DNA of 60,955 nucleotides, filler included, from Sphacelaria rigidula (taxonomy: Eukaryota): assembly GCA_964200075.2 (NCBI GenBank). It is 10 parts of 10 records of this genome, joined end to end, with 100 filler letters (N's around TTAATTAATTAA, not from the genome) between each part and the next. Parts side by side here need not be neighbours in the genome. Positions count along the whole stretch, not along the records: positions 12,213 to 18,218 come from CAXNAA020022850.1; positions 18,319 to 24,324 come from CAXNAA020022851.1; 8 more parts are not named here. One strand, 5' to 3'. Shown one piece after another: positions 12,586 through 24,324 of the stretch (position 1 is the stretch's first letter; each line of letters begins with the position of its first letter). The position numbers and the translations under genes are program-made. The notes under the pieces were generated by a model. The model had not been told where the DNA came from. It searched no databases and was given only the letters and a program-made list of their open reading frames with translations.

Positions 12586-12614
12586 GGGGGGGGGGGGGGG
12601 GGGGGGGGGGGGGG
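12586..12614 (+). repeat. Poly-G run (~29 nt)
   Basis: Read directly from the sequence. Confidence 0.95.
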
Positions 12615-14949
12615 TGATGTCATGATCCCTTTCCGTATTTTTGTAGTTGCGATTTTTGTGTGTCCTTTCGATTTTTTTCCCACAACTGAGTACCGCAGCT
12701 TGGAGGTGATTTTCCAGTTTGATCCTTCACACAATTACAGTGATTCTATCATCCGGCTGTCAAAAAGGGGGTTGATACAACTATTCCCTTTTTTCGACTA
12801 GTTGATACATTTGGTATCTCGTAACCTACACCGTTTTGTTTTGAGCATTTTATTTTGTTTGTGACTTGCAGATTTGGATTTCGAGTCAGATACCTATAGC
12901 GTGAATTCCACCATGAGTATACTCTCGCGAGTGTTGTCCGTCTAGGGTGCAACCAAACAATTGACAATCCGCGTCCGCGATTGATATTTTATGGACCCGG
13001 AAGGAATACCCCCTGAAAGAAACACGTGATATCAGAGAAGGGTGGCCGCCGTCAGAAAAGGGGGGCCGCAGTGTTGTGCGGAGTGAATGATATTTTATTC
13101 TTCCCAGGGTATGATAATGATAAAAAGAGTAATATCTGTTTTGGTAGATTCGTAGTAGGTGTTCTATTCATGTAGAAGAGAAATCATGAACTTGATTTCT
13201 CTGCGTGCACTTGAATTTTGGTATACTGGGATTGATTTGTGTGAAGGAGAAATATTCCGAAGAGTTTGACGCTGAGTTTCGATACTTTGGGAGTTTATTG
13301 GGCAGAGTGACGAACGAATTTTGCATCGAACGGTAGTTACTCGAGATGACTAGGACTGGCCAACCGCTTAGTTTTGAGTACAAGAGGTTTGAAAGCTTAC
13401 GGAGTTTGGTGCCATGTCCGGAATAACTCCATGATAGTCTATACGCGGTACAAATTGCTGTGAAATTAGGGAATGTGCTGGGAGTTTATTCTTCTCTGAC
13501 TATTCTAGGGTATATGAAGTGAACGAGATTTCGAGGATATGTTTTTCGCGTTATAAAATAATTAGGTTCAAGCTTGCAAGTGTCCACTGATGTCGACTAT
13601 CTTAACTATTCTAGGCGGTTGATAGACGGTCGATATCAGGGGTGCTGACGATGTTTTCAGATGACGTGTGTCTTGGTTTTTTCGAGGATATCGAGATAAT
13701 TTCGGAAGCAAGTTTTGGTGTTCTTGTGTTATAGTAGGTAGAGATGCTACGGATTTTGGTACTCGAGCGTACCTCTAGTATTTTGATTTCTAGTTCCTTT
13801 CTGTACCTCACGGGCGGTACAAGTACTACTGATACTGCAAGTTTTCAATTCGCAGGTTCTATTTTTGCGTTTTTTCATTGATGAACTGTTTTGTGTGCGG
13901 TGGAATAAAAAGCACTGATATGATTTTTCGCTTGAGCTTGAATGCAGGATTACCGTGCAAGTGTATGATAAGTGTAGGGACATGGCTAATGTAGATCGTG
14001 TTGCAGGCGATTGGTAAAATCGAATTTCACGTAGACAGTAGCATCTGATTGCCATGCTTACGACATAAATTTGACAGGTGTGATGGAGAATCGAGCCTGT
14101 TTTCAAATGTCGTCATGGGAATCCCACTGTTTATTGATCTTCATGATTTTTCATTCAAAGAAAATTGAGGAACTGGTGATAATTGATATTGCTATCCCGA
14201 GATTGAGTTTTCTATCTGGCATACTGGCTGACGGAGTGATTTTTGAAAGGAAGCATCGAAGAATGGCGAAGAAATGAAGATATTCAGGATTTAATTTTTT
14301 CGATTGCGTAAGTATAAAAGTTTGCGATGTGGGTAGTTGGAGAGGATTATTTTTCTCACGGGATTGAATTTTCATTTTCAGTGCTTACTGTTGGATTCAT
14401 GTTTGACGAACGTACAATAATATTATATCCAGTATGAATTTTCGTTACTTGATATCCAGTATGAATTTTCATTACTTGAGCCGAGAGTAGGGGGGATAAT
14501 CGAATATACTCACACTCAAGTATGATATACATGGTTGATTGAATTTGCCTGGAGTAGGTTTGTACCTCGGTTGAGGATCGGGTATAAACGGTCAAGTGCG
14601 AGTACTGTTTGCGACGGTTAAATTGGGCGAAAAATGAGAATATCTCTCATGTGACACATGATAATTCCTGGTGTAGTAGGCACGGTGGCTTGTGGTGTGT
14701 AGCAACAACCACGATTATGGTACTTTGTGTGTCCATGTAAGATTATGGTGTTTGACGCAATTATAGGATGTGTGGTTATGTTGCGCTCATGTGATTGATG
14801 GCTGGGAAGGGAGATGAGTTTTGCCGATTTGCGCGGTTGGGTTTCCCCACAGTATTCAGTTGTTGTGTTCGTCCCAGTTCGTTCCAGTCTGTTCCAGTTC
14901 GTCAATATATAATATGCATCAATGAATAAATATACATCAAGGATTCTGC

Positions 14950-15760
14950 CTACGGGCTTCTACCCGATTGACCCCCTCTGCGCCATCGTGGAGGTCCTCC
15001 CGGAGTGCCTGGATTTACGTGCATTCAATTACATGTTGGTGCTTGCGGTGAAGACCGTGTTGAAAGCGTCGTCGACGATTAAGTCGAGGGTGCTTATGGT
15101 GACTTTTTTTCCCGCCTCCAGTTGCTTCTGCAGCTGTGCCCACTTCACGCAGATGGGTTCGACGTCTGCAAGAATCTGCAATAGGTAAAAAGCGCGAGGA
15201 GCTTTTGAAACCAGTTTTGAAGCTTTGGAAACACATTTGTCGGCGACCCTTCAAACCATGCGCGCCAGAGAATTGCGACTCTTCATAGCATTTCCGACTC
15301 AGGTTACAATTTTGAACATCCTACAGTACCTGCCACTCTTCGTCCTCCAAGAGAGCTATGTTCTCCTTTGACTGGAACGTGGTCGCCCACTCTCACAGCA
15401 GAACAATCGCCCGCCTGTTGTGGAGGAATGCTACAACTGATGTTGTCGTGGACCGCCACCTCGTAGCCACTTGGGTAGGGTGGTCTGGGACAGCTGATGG
15501 ACCTTCTGCGCTTCGTGCAGCTTGGTCTTAGCCGCGTGCGAACGGTGAACGTAGGCAATTATCCGATGAACCTTGGCGAGAGTCTGCAAGAATTCAGAAT
15601 GTTTGGTCGAGCGACAAACAAGTGGAGAACAATTGGTCGCCGTCGTGATGCGAATGACGTATGATGCGTTTGTCTGCTGCAGGTCATCCAGGTCCACCCG
15701 ATAGGCCAATTTCAAGCTGCATCTGGATGTCGACAGGGTAACCAGGAAGTGATACTTCTT
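14950..15760 (-). pseudogene. hAT-superfamily transposase fragment with spliceosomal intron (15329-15176)
   Basis: TLAKVHRIIAYVHRSHAAKTKLHEAQ, then a frameshift, then QVATRWRST (TRW at 15464-15456) ...LLEDEEWQ, a GT..AG phase-0 intron, and ILADVEPICVKWAQLQKQLEAGKKVTISTL. This matches the hAT TRW motif and the LE..K.VTIS catalytic-Glu motif. Confidence 0.8.
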
Positions 15761-15823
15761 GCTCTGTGACTCAACGCCTTTTGTTTCGGTCTGGACTGTT
15801 CGAATGATTCAGATACCTAGTAA

Positions 15824-16010
15824 TGCTGGATCTCCGTAGAACCGGGGGTCGGGGTGACGTACGAGTACCGACAGTCAAGTGTGTGCAAATGTGGTACAGT
15901 ACAGTTGAGAGCGGCGGGGCTGTCCGCCTCCCTTGTTCATTCTCATTTCATCTACCTCCATCACATCAGCACTCTCCCGAGTTAGAGAAGAACTTGGGTG
16001 CTCTTCAACA
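15824..16010 (+). mobile_element. Probable 5' LTR of the Copia element (~187 bp)
   Basis: Imperfect inverted ends TGCTGGA...TTCAACA lie between the truncated hAT frame and gag. The 3' LTR is outside the contig, so this cannot be confirmed here. Confidence 0.55.
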
Positions 16011-16150
16011 AAAGATCTGAAACCATTACCCTGTGCCTGAGCCAAGGAAGACACTAGTGATCAATCGATTGGGCAAGTATAGCTAGGAACGATGGTAACG
16101 CTCCGTCTTTAGAGGAAAGGTTAGACGGGCTGACGAGTCAACTTGAAAGT

Positions 16151-18218
16151 ATGATGAGTCTGTTCAGTGGTGAGTTTAGCACACTGACAGAGATGGTTAG
16201 AGATGTACAATCTACACAAACTGTATTACAGGGTAGGGTAGATGGCATCGAAGATCGAGAATCCGGAGGCGCGAGGTGGAGTGGCGTCGTCGAGAGCGAA
16301 GAAGATCAAGTAACACAACAACACCAGGCTGACAGCGCAGCCAACCACAGCACACCTCAAGGCCGAAGACGGAGCCAAGAGGGTGAGCAGGGAGCTCCGA
16401 GAGGGAGCGACCAAAGGACAACAAGCGACGGAGAAAGGGGTGCAGACCCCGCAAGTGAGTCAGTCGCAGTGTTCGGTCATGATCGACCGAGTGTCCAAAA
16501 TATTTCCGGGGTCCCGGGTTTCAAGGCAGCTGTACCTAAATTCTCTGGAAAGAGTTCCGAGTTCAACCACTACAGTCACGAACTGATCATGTTTGCAAGA
16601 AGTGAAGCAGTTGATTGGGTGTTCACTATGTCAGAAGATAGGGCATACGATGTGGAGGTGGGAAACAAGGTGTTATCCTTGAGTTTTCTTGAAACAAGGC
16701 ACGGAAAGGGCATGGTAGCTGCAAACGTGAGAGCGAGGCAAATGTTGGTGGCAAGTCTCGAACATAAGCGGGACCGGGACGTTTTGTTCCGAATCCCATC
16801 TCCGGCAGCCGTGTGGCGTGAGTTGAGTGATTTGTAGAGCCCCAAGACCAACGGAGCTAGATTAGCTCTTCTAGAGAAGTATGATCACGTGAAGATCGGA
16901 GTTCGCGATGATCCAGTTCAAAAACTACTCGAGATGGAAGAGGTGGCGAGAGAGTTACAATCACACGACAGCAACATCGTCCTGACGGAGGCGCAAACCC
17001 TCCTCAAATTTGTCAATGCGCTTCCTTGCGAGTATAACTACCAAAAACAGGCGTTGGAGGAGCGCGAAGGTCCACTCACGAGGGAAGTCGTAGTGACGTC
17101 GGTTCGAAAACGTTTCGAATCGGCACTTTTCAAGCAGGAACTCGCCAAGGGGAAGAAGGCTTCCCCGGGCGACCAGGCCCTTGCTGTCAAGGGCCATCCC
17201 GGCAAACCTAACGGTCCACACCGGAAAGGTAAGCCGGGAAAGACCCAAAACCCAGGTCGCACAGGTGACGGGGGGCAGGGCAAAAACAACCAGTCGCAGG
17301 CTTCATCGTCAGAGAACCAGTCGGGGGCTGCGACGCCGTGGAGGTGCCACGTTTGTCAGAAGATGACCACACATCGGGCGAGAGACTGTCCAGAAAGGCG
17401 TTGTGTCAGGTGCGGGAAGAGAGGACATAGTTTGATTGACTGTCAGAGTACTGTAGAGGACGCGGCGATTGTGGAGGACGCGGCGATTGTGGAGGACGCG
17501 GCGATTGTGATGGGCGTGGCGGAAGACGTGATGGACGAAGACTCCGTCTGCTCGGATGCCGATGCAGAAGCGTTCACCAGCCTCGACATGACGATGGACG
17601 AGATTAACCCAGGCGAGTACGCGTTTGCAACTGGGAAGGGGGGTGTAGTACAGTCAGATGGGGGCGAACCGTGGGTACTTGACACGGGGGCCACATCGCA
17701 TTTTTCTCCAGATTCAAGTACAATGACGGATTATAGAAAATGCAGTGGAAGGGTATCACGGTGCGCGGGCGGTGGTACCTACCCGATCGTAGGAAGAGGT
17801 AACCTGTCTCTATCTTTACGATCTGACGGACGCGATATAGTCTTGCAGTTGAAAAATGTAGACCACGCACCTTGTGTCCGTCACCATCTGTTGTCACTGA
17901 CCAGGATGTCCAACGCGGGTCACACCTACATTGGGTCTAGTGATGGATTCCGGGTTGAGTTTAAATCAGGCAATACCCTAAAGATCCCCGGTCAACACAG
18001 ACAACTATTAATGTACGCCCACCGCATTTTTCCAAATGGTCATGACAGGCATGCGTCAGCATGCGCTGTGATTGCCCCGGGGAAACTTCCGAACCCCCAA
18101 GTTGAAGACATAAATGATTTCCATTGCAAACACGCGCATGTTCACGAGAACCTGCTCCGGCGGACTGCAAAGCAGCTCGGAGTGGAGCTGAGGGGCGAGT
18201 TGAGACCGTGCCGAGGAT
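16151..18218 (+). mobile_element. Ty1/Copia LTR retrotransposon gag-pol (gag, two Zn knuckles, protease, pre-integrase), one in-frame TAG, truncated by contig end
   Basis: ORFs 16151-16837 and 16889-end share one frame (AVWRELSDL*SPKTNGARLALLEKYD). Motifs: CHVCQKMTTHRARDC, CVRCGKRGHSLIDC, protease WVLDTGATSHF, and FHCKHAHVHENLLRRTAKQLGVELRGELRPC. The order PR then IN indicates Copia. Confidence 0.95.
17453..17509 (+). repeat. In-frame 18-bp tandem repeat (VEDAAI x3) in the Copia gag-protease linker
   Basis: GT(A/G)GAGGACGCGGCGATT x3. Confidence 0.95.
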
Positions 18219-18524
18219 NNNNNNNNNNNNNNNNNNNNNNNNNNNNNNNNNNNNNNNNNNNNTTAATTAATTAANNNNNNNNNNNNNNNNNNNNNNNNNN
18301 NNNNNNNNNNNNNNNNNNGTACTGGTTACTTTCCTCCAGGGAGGTCATTTTCACCGTATAAGGTTCAAGGACGGCTTGCCTAACACAAGGTCTTACTCAC
18401 ACCGGGATGTCCCGTACATCACGTTTCCCACTCCGTGTACGATTCACCATGGGTCATTACTCCACTGATGCTTACCAAGTAGACCTTCGCTGCCGAAAGC
18501 TTGGCCAACGATTTCCCCACACTT

Positions 18525-18730
18525 TGTCCGGGCTGTGTTATGGTAGGTTTAAGAAAAAGGAGATTTGGCTTCTCTATTTCATGTCCATATCCGGGCTGTG
18601 TTATGGTAGGTGTAAGTAAAAGGAGGGTTGGGTTCTCTATTTCATGTTTATGTTCGGGCTGTGTAATGATAGCCTAATGAAAAGACAGGGTTAGCTTCGC
18701 AATTTTGTGTCTATGCCCGGGCTGCCATAT
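18525..18730 (+). repeat. Degenerate ~63-bp tandem repeat (3-4 units)
   Basis: Recurring TCCGGGCTGTGTTATGGTAGG...AAAAGGAG...TCTCTATTTCATGT. Confidence 0.8.
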
Positions 18731-19670
18731 AGTATCGGCGAAAAAAGAAAGAAGAAAAAAACGGAAACGGGAGAAATGTAGAGAAAAGGGGAAAAGGAAG
18801 AGAAAAAGGACTGAAAAAGGGAGGGAAAAAAATGTAGTGGTCATGGAAAAGGAAGAAATGAAGTTAAGAAAAGGGAAAAAAAAAGTAACCAGCTTTGTTA
18901 TATCATGTCTATATCCATCTTGTGTGTTCCTAGGGGGGAACAAATTGGGTTATTTATCTGTTTGCATGTCTGTTGTGTCTGTCGGTCCCGGACTTTATTT
19001 GTCTGGTGGCTGTCTCTGGTGTATGTACAGTGACAGTCTGTACATTTCATGTCTAGGGTTTGGTGGCTTGTTACACGGCGCCGTTGCCACTCGACGACAG
19101 CCCAAGAGTCGAGAGGTGAGGGGGGAAGGGGAGGGGGGGTTGGTGTATGACAAAAGAGGGAGAAAACATCGTTGATATGTGTCGTTTTTGGTTCCCGCGC
19201 CTATGGAAAGTAGTGGACCGCATATCTTTCTCGGCCGGCGTGTTCACATAAGAGCCTGAAAGTTATGCAAACCATGAACGTACGTCGGGCGGCATGTTGG
19301 CAGCTAGGTGGTAGTTCGTCAAGGGTCACAGTATTGATACGCTTTTCTGTTTTTCCACGTGAGACGTGAACCGGATTATTTTTTCTACTCCTCCTCTTTC
19401 GGACGATGCATCCATATCCGTGCGAACGAAACGAATGCCGTAGCGTGCAGACGCTTACCCTCACAAACGCACCCGTCCTTGCCCATGATGTAAAACATGA
19501 TACTGCGTAAAGGTGAAATCGTGAAAGTGCGCTTACAGCGAGTTCCGTACACGACTGTGTGTACAGCGGATATTTGTAGTGGCGGGGATTATTTACAACA
19601 CACCGTGATGCGGGAAGCCGATGCTTAACGGTATCTTCGGCGCTGATCGCTCGCCGCGTGCTGACCGCAG

Positions 19671-22494
19671 GACTATGACCCTGCGGCTTTTGATGGGCTG
19701 AAGTGGGTGTTGGCCAACACAGTCCCGCGAGATATGTTCCACTTCGAGGAAGTTGGTCAACCGGAGAAGGTGATCATTCAAGCTTGAAATTAGATTTGAT
19801 TCGTTTGTATGCTTTCCGTTGTTCTTTCCATTTTGGTAAAGTTGGTTCCGCTCGACTTGACTGCACTTCTCACGGCATTGCTTTGATGTTGCTTCCCTCT
19901 GCTTCTTATGTTTCCGAGTTGCCGTATTACTGTACCGCGTTACTGTACGAGTACCGTGTTGTATTTTCCGCGTGGCAATAACCCTTGAAGAGTATTATTG
20001 TTCTTGTCAGCATTCATCATCCAGGTATGTATAGGTTGTGCGTCGCCTGGTGCCCACATTTATGTCATGCACCACACGACCACCCTACTAAGCCTGTCAG
20101 TAGTGCACTAACTCTCTGTTCAATTAGGGTGTTTTTGCTCCCGGAGTGGCGGGTATTTAATTTCATTGTGATTGCAAGTTAGTACGCGCCATGCAGATCT
20201 TGCTCTTGGTCAATATTGTCATAGTGACGACACAGTTCTGGTCCGCTATACTCGAATAGTCGTCACGTATTCATGCAGTCACCTTGGAGCGCCACAGTAG
20301 CATGACCACCCTCCCCCCGCCCCGTCGCGTTCTCGTCCGTCAGGGCCCTGTAACGGAGGCTAACAAGGCTGAGTACGTAGCCGCTAGGGCTCGTCTCATC
20401 TTGGTGGGGTCGCGAGAGCCGGCGCTGGAGGCCCTCAAAGGCGGGTTCGCTGGCGGCCTGAGAGACCTGTCACCGGGAGCGGCTCCGTTTATGGGATTGT
20501 TGTCACACGCGGATTGGAGAGTGCTTCTTTGCGGGGAGGAGCATGTTAGCGGGCCCCAGGTGGGTGTGACACGGGAATGCGCCCTAGGGGGGGTTTCAAG
20601 TTGAAGTAATGTTTTGCACGTCTCAGCCGTTGGGCCGGTAACTACGCGTCGTCGGGTATACATTGCGTTCATCCTATGTGGGAGGTTTTCTTTGGTCAGA
20701 CGCCTGCGGGCGTAGGCAGGGCACGAGTAGGGAGATGCTGGGTGCGTGGGGTTGAGGTTTGGGTCTTTCATGTTTGGTATTTGCTGGTCACACGCGTCGA
20801 GAGTATGGTGCCAGACTGAACAGGTGACCGTGAGAGCGCATGAAAGTCGTTTTTTCTGGTGTTCGGTATTTACTTTCATCTAGTTCCTCACCTTCTGTCT
20901 ACGTGCTAGTTCAGGCTGATCTTCAATACCAACATTTCTATGCCACGGCATAGCAGTACTGAAAGCAAACGACTTGTTTACGGAGGTGGGACCCGCAGAG
21001 TTTTTCCCGGACACCAACGAACGAATGGTGTACATGTGGACTACCCAGGAGTTTGATCTGAATCCACTAGCTGTAGTACCATCATAGTGCTGGGCGTGAA
21101 CAGCGTTTCCTCCTTCGTCGAGCGGACAGCCAGTTATTGCAGTGTCGTGATTGAGAACTCTTATCCGGAACACCAACCATAAATAACACCAACCATAATA
21201 ACACGATCTATGAGGAAGGCTTATCGCTGGGGTAGACAGAGACCTACGGGCGAGACGGTCGTTGGAGATGTCGTCCTGATGCCGAAGGAACTCCGAGATT
21301 GGCGATAATTTCCTCTTGTGATATGTAGGCAAGAAGAGGGTCAGACTTGAATGTGATGACCGTGGGTGACCAGCTCCTCGGGGGATGTTGGGCCGCCCTG
21401 ATATCGGGCTCTTCGTGGCATCACCCCGAGTTGTCTAGTATCGTTGGCCTTACAGGGTCCCGGTAATCTGGTCCTTGTGGACTCTTTCTACCTTCTACCT
21501 GCATGCGCTGATTCTTCATACATGTGTGACATCTATAATACGTCACTGCAAAGAGGAGTCTCCCGTAAATACTGGGCGAACGATGGAAAGCTCAAAACTG
21601 GTACGATGGCAAAACTTTCCCGCCCCTTGATGTAAATTCACCGGGAAAGGCAACTATTTGCTCACTGTACTACATTGATGAGGAACCTTGTGCTCTTTCG
21701 TCTATATGCATTGTTGTTGCATCCTTTTCCCCTCCCCATCGTCAACGTGATCAGGTCGTTGCTGTCCTGACGTGGTATAACTTTCCAAGGAGCAGCAAGA
21801 TACCGGAGTGGATCAAGTCTATGCTGCTCTCTCTGCCCGAGGATGCCCTGAGGCGATTCCTGATATTTGTGTGCGGAACCCCGTCCTTGCCCGCCGCTTC
21901 CGCTGAGAAGGTTTTCCCCTCTTTGACCCGTTTTTTTCCGGTGTACTGCAGAGGCATATGTTCGTGTCGACGTGTTGTGCGTTTCATTGCGTTTCTCGTG
22001 CATATATGTGTGCGTATCCGCGCTTGCGTGTGTGTTCACCGATCCGATAGGGACGTGAGGGGAGGGACGCGAATCAACCTTCCACGAATGTTGTGCTAGA
22101 GCTTTTATGTGCTGTTTGGCACGGTGAATGCAGCATTTGTTGCGGGTACCGGCGTGAGATCCATTTTGTAGACACTGTTGTCTCGTGCCGTGCAGAATAC
22201 TTATATCGAGTAGAGAAGAGGATGTTCTTGCTATGGATGCTTTGACACAGATGTGCATGCCAGCCCTTAGTGCCTCAGGGGTTCCGCCCACGCATGTTTA
22301 TCCCTGTAATACTGCCCCGTGGTTGGTGCATGCAGGTGGAGATTACCGTTCGATGCCAGCCGAGATCGGCTGCGCTGCCTGCTGCACACACCTGCTTCTT
22401 CCAGCTGGATGTGCCTGATTACGACAAGAAAGCCGTGCTCGAGCACAAACTGCTACAGGCGGTCAACAACACGGCGTCGTTCGATGTTGTGTAG
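19671..22494 (+). CDS. HECT-domain E3 ubiquitin ligase, 3' part; exons 19671-19769, 20344-20559, 21755-21910, 22336-22494
   Basis: Phase-0 GT-AG introns join DYDPAAFDGLKWVLAN..F / GPVTEANKAEYV...LLCGE / LRRFLIFVCGTPSLP / LPAAHTCFFQLDVPDY..LEHKLLQAV..SFDVV*. The catalytic Cys in AHTCF and the terminal Phe are present. Confidence 0.92.
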
Positions 22495-23940
22495 GGTCGA
22501 CGACGACAAGGGCAGGGCACAGTGAGGAGGGGCGGGGGGGTTCATGATTATGTTTTGTGTTGACCTGGAACCGTCATTTTTGGTGATCAGTGATGTAGAG
22601 TTTGTGTGTACATCTGTGTGCGCTCCGTTATTTGTTTCTCAACACGTTTTTGATATAGTACTGCTGCGTTTATCAGTAAGTCGTGGGTTGCGTAGATACA
22701 GGTATTCTGGGGAAAAAAGAGGAACCGAGGTACGGTTGCCCACTGGTTGTCACCGATAACCCACCGCTACACCTTAGTGTACCTGGCCCTTTCCAACCGT
22801 AAAATCCCTACCTCAGATGGGTTTAGGGCTTTGCGTAATTCTCGGACTCACTTGTACCTCAGATGAATAGCAACCACCGCCTGTACAGATGTGGACCACA
22901 TTGCATCAAGAGAAATGTGCGATCTGGACACGGTGCAATTCCTTGGTGGAAGATCTTTCGAACCGGTGCCACAGCAGATAGCCACCAAGCAATGGCGCCG
23001 AAGAGAGATGCATTGACTATCGCGAGACGCTGTCGCTGAAGGCCGCGCGGAAATGTTTTACCACGAGTTTAGTGCTGCATGACTGTCCTGTTGTACAAGT
23101 TGTCCCAGGGGTCGGAAATATTTCGGGACACGTAGGCCCCAAGATCGAAAATTCGGGTTTTTGACCGGGAAGGAGGGAGGCGCCCAGCCTGCTGTCTCTA
23201 AGTTTGTGGCCGAGGCGTTGGCGGATGCGATCAGCTGTAGCGTACAGAGATCCTTGGTAAGGAAACCGCTAAGATGGCGGGCACGCCCCTCCCCCCCGCC
23301 CCCCCGAGCGCATCACTCACCATGATTGCATTTGTGGGATCATGTTCCATGTCGTGTGCCTCGAGTACCTACCAGTTTTCCGGCATAGTTTGGCGAGGCG
23401 GAGATGAAATTACCATTTTAGCTGCAGGCTGTCGCTACCGTGCGCTCGTGTGCATAAATGTGTGTGAGCGTGGCCGTCATCGGAGGTCATCGGTACAGAG
23501 AGGCCAAGGGGCAGAAGCAAATATACGAACCTCGGAATGTCCACCAGATTTCTCGGTCTTTGGTTAGTGTTTCTCAATTAATTTAAAGAACATTTAAGAG
23601 AACCGAAAAATCATGATATTTTGAAGAAATGCTCTGCGGGAGGGGGGGGAGAACCTCCGTGTCCGAATATCCTCTCCCGACAGACCCCTGGTTGTACTTA
23701 TTTACTACATACATGTGAGTGACTTTGTAGTTGATTAAATGCTTTGCGCGAAGCGCGATCATGGCTGAGCGTTTAGGATCGGCACCCGACAAACACTAAG
23801 AACCCATTTATAATGAGGTGAGGAACTGAAGCATGGGACAAGTCCTGTTTCACTGTACTGCAGCACAAACACGCTCACGTCCGCTTTCATGTGTGGTAGC
23901 TATCAGTCGAGACGCAGTGCTACCTACACACTAAATCTTA

Positions 23941-24238
23941 GAGGCCCTCAGGGCTGAAAAGGCTTCTACTGAACCGAAGTTAAAAAGTGTCATGTCCTAT
24001 CCATCCGGGCCTCGCCACGAAGATCTGAATCGCGCACTTTTTTTTCCCGGATTGACTCGAAGCGGCGCCGCGCGAAAAAACCTCCCCATCGCTCTTTTAA
24101 GATCAATCGAGACGCCGTCGACAACTTTCAGCTTCATTGGTGCTCATGGCTTTGTGTTTCGCTTCTGTCTCTGGGCGCCCTCGAGTACATCCGATTCCGG
24201 CCCCTTTCGACCAGAGCGAGTTTTGATTGAACTTCTGA
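23941..24238 (+). mobile_element. ~300-bp interspersed repeat (same family as 5630-5932)
   Basis: Similarity across contigs. Confidence 0.75.
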
Positions 24239-24251
24239 GTCATCCTAAGAC

Positions 24252-24324
24252 AGGGGGGGATGTACTCATGATCATGCGTGCCATAGTCATCAGACCATTG
24301 ACCTCGCATCCCTACAATGCCGGG
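24252..24324 (+). repeat. High-copy repeat at the contig end, shared with ~30300-30430 and (reverse) ~59605-59680
   Basis: GTACTCATGATCATG...GTCATCAGACCAT...CTCGCATCCCTACAA.GCCGGG ends both contig 4 and contig 5 at the same base. Confidence 0.85.

Noticed and set aside
18525..18730. CRISPR-like array
   Set aside because: Whole units are similar, there are no unique spacers or cas genes, and the context is eukaryotic.
20880..21500. Gypsy integrase C-terminus or chromodomain remnant in the HECT intron
   Set aside because: Only a vague resemblance, with no diagnostic motif I can support.
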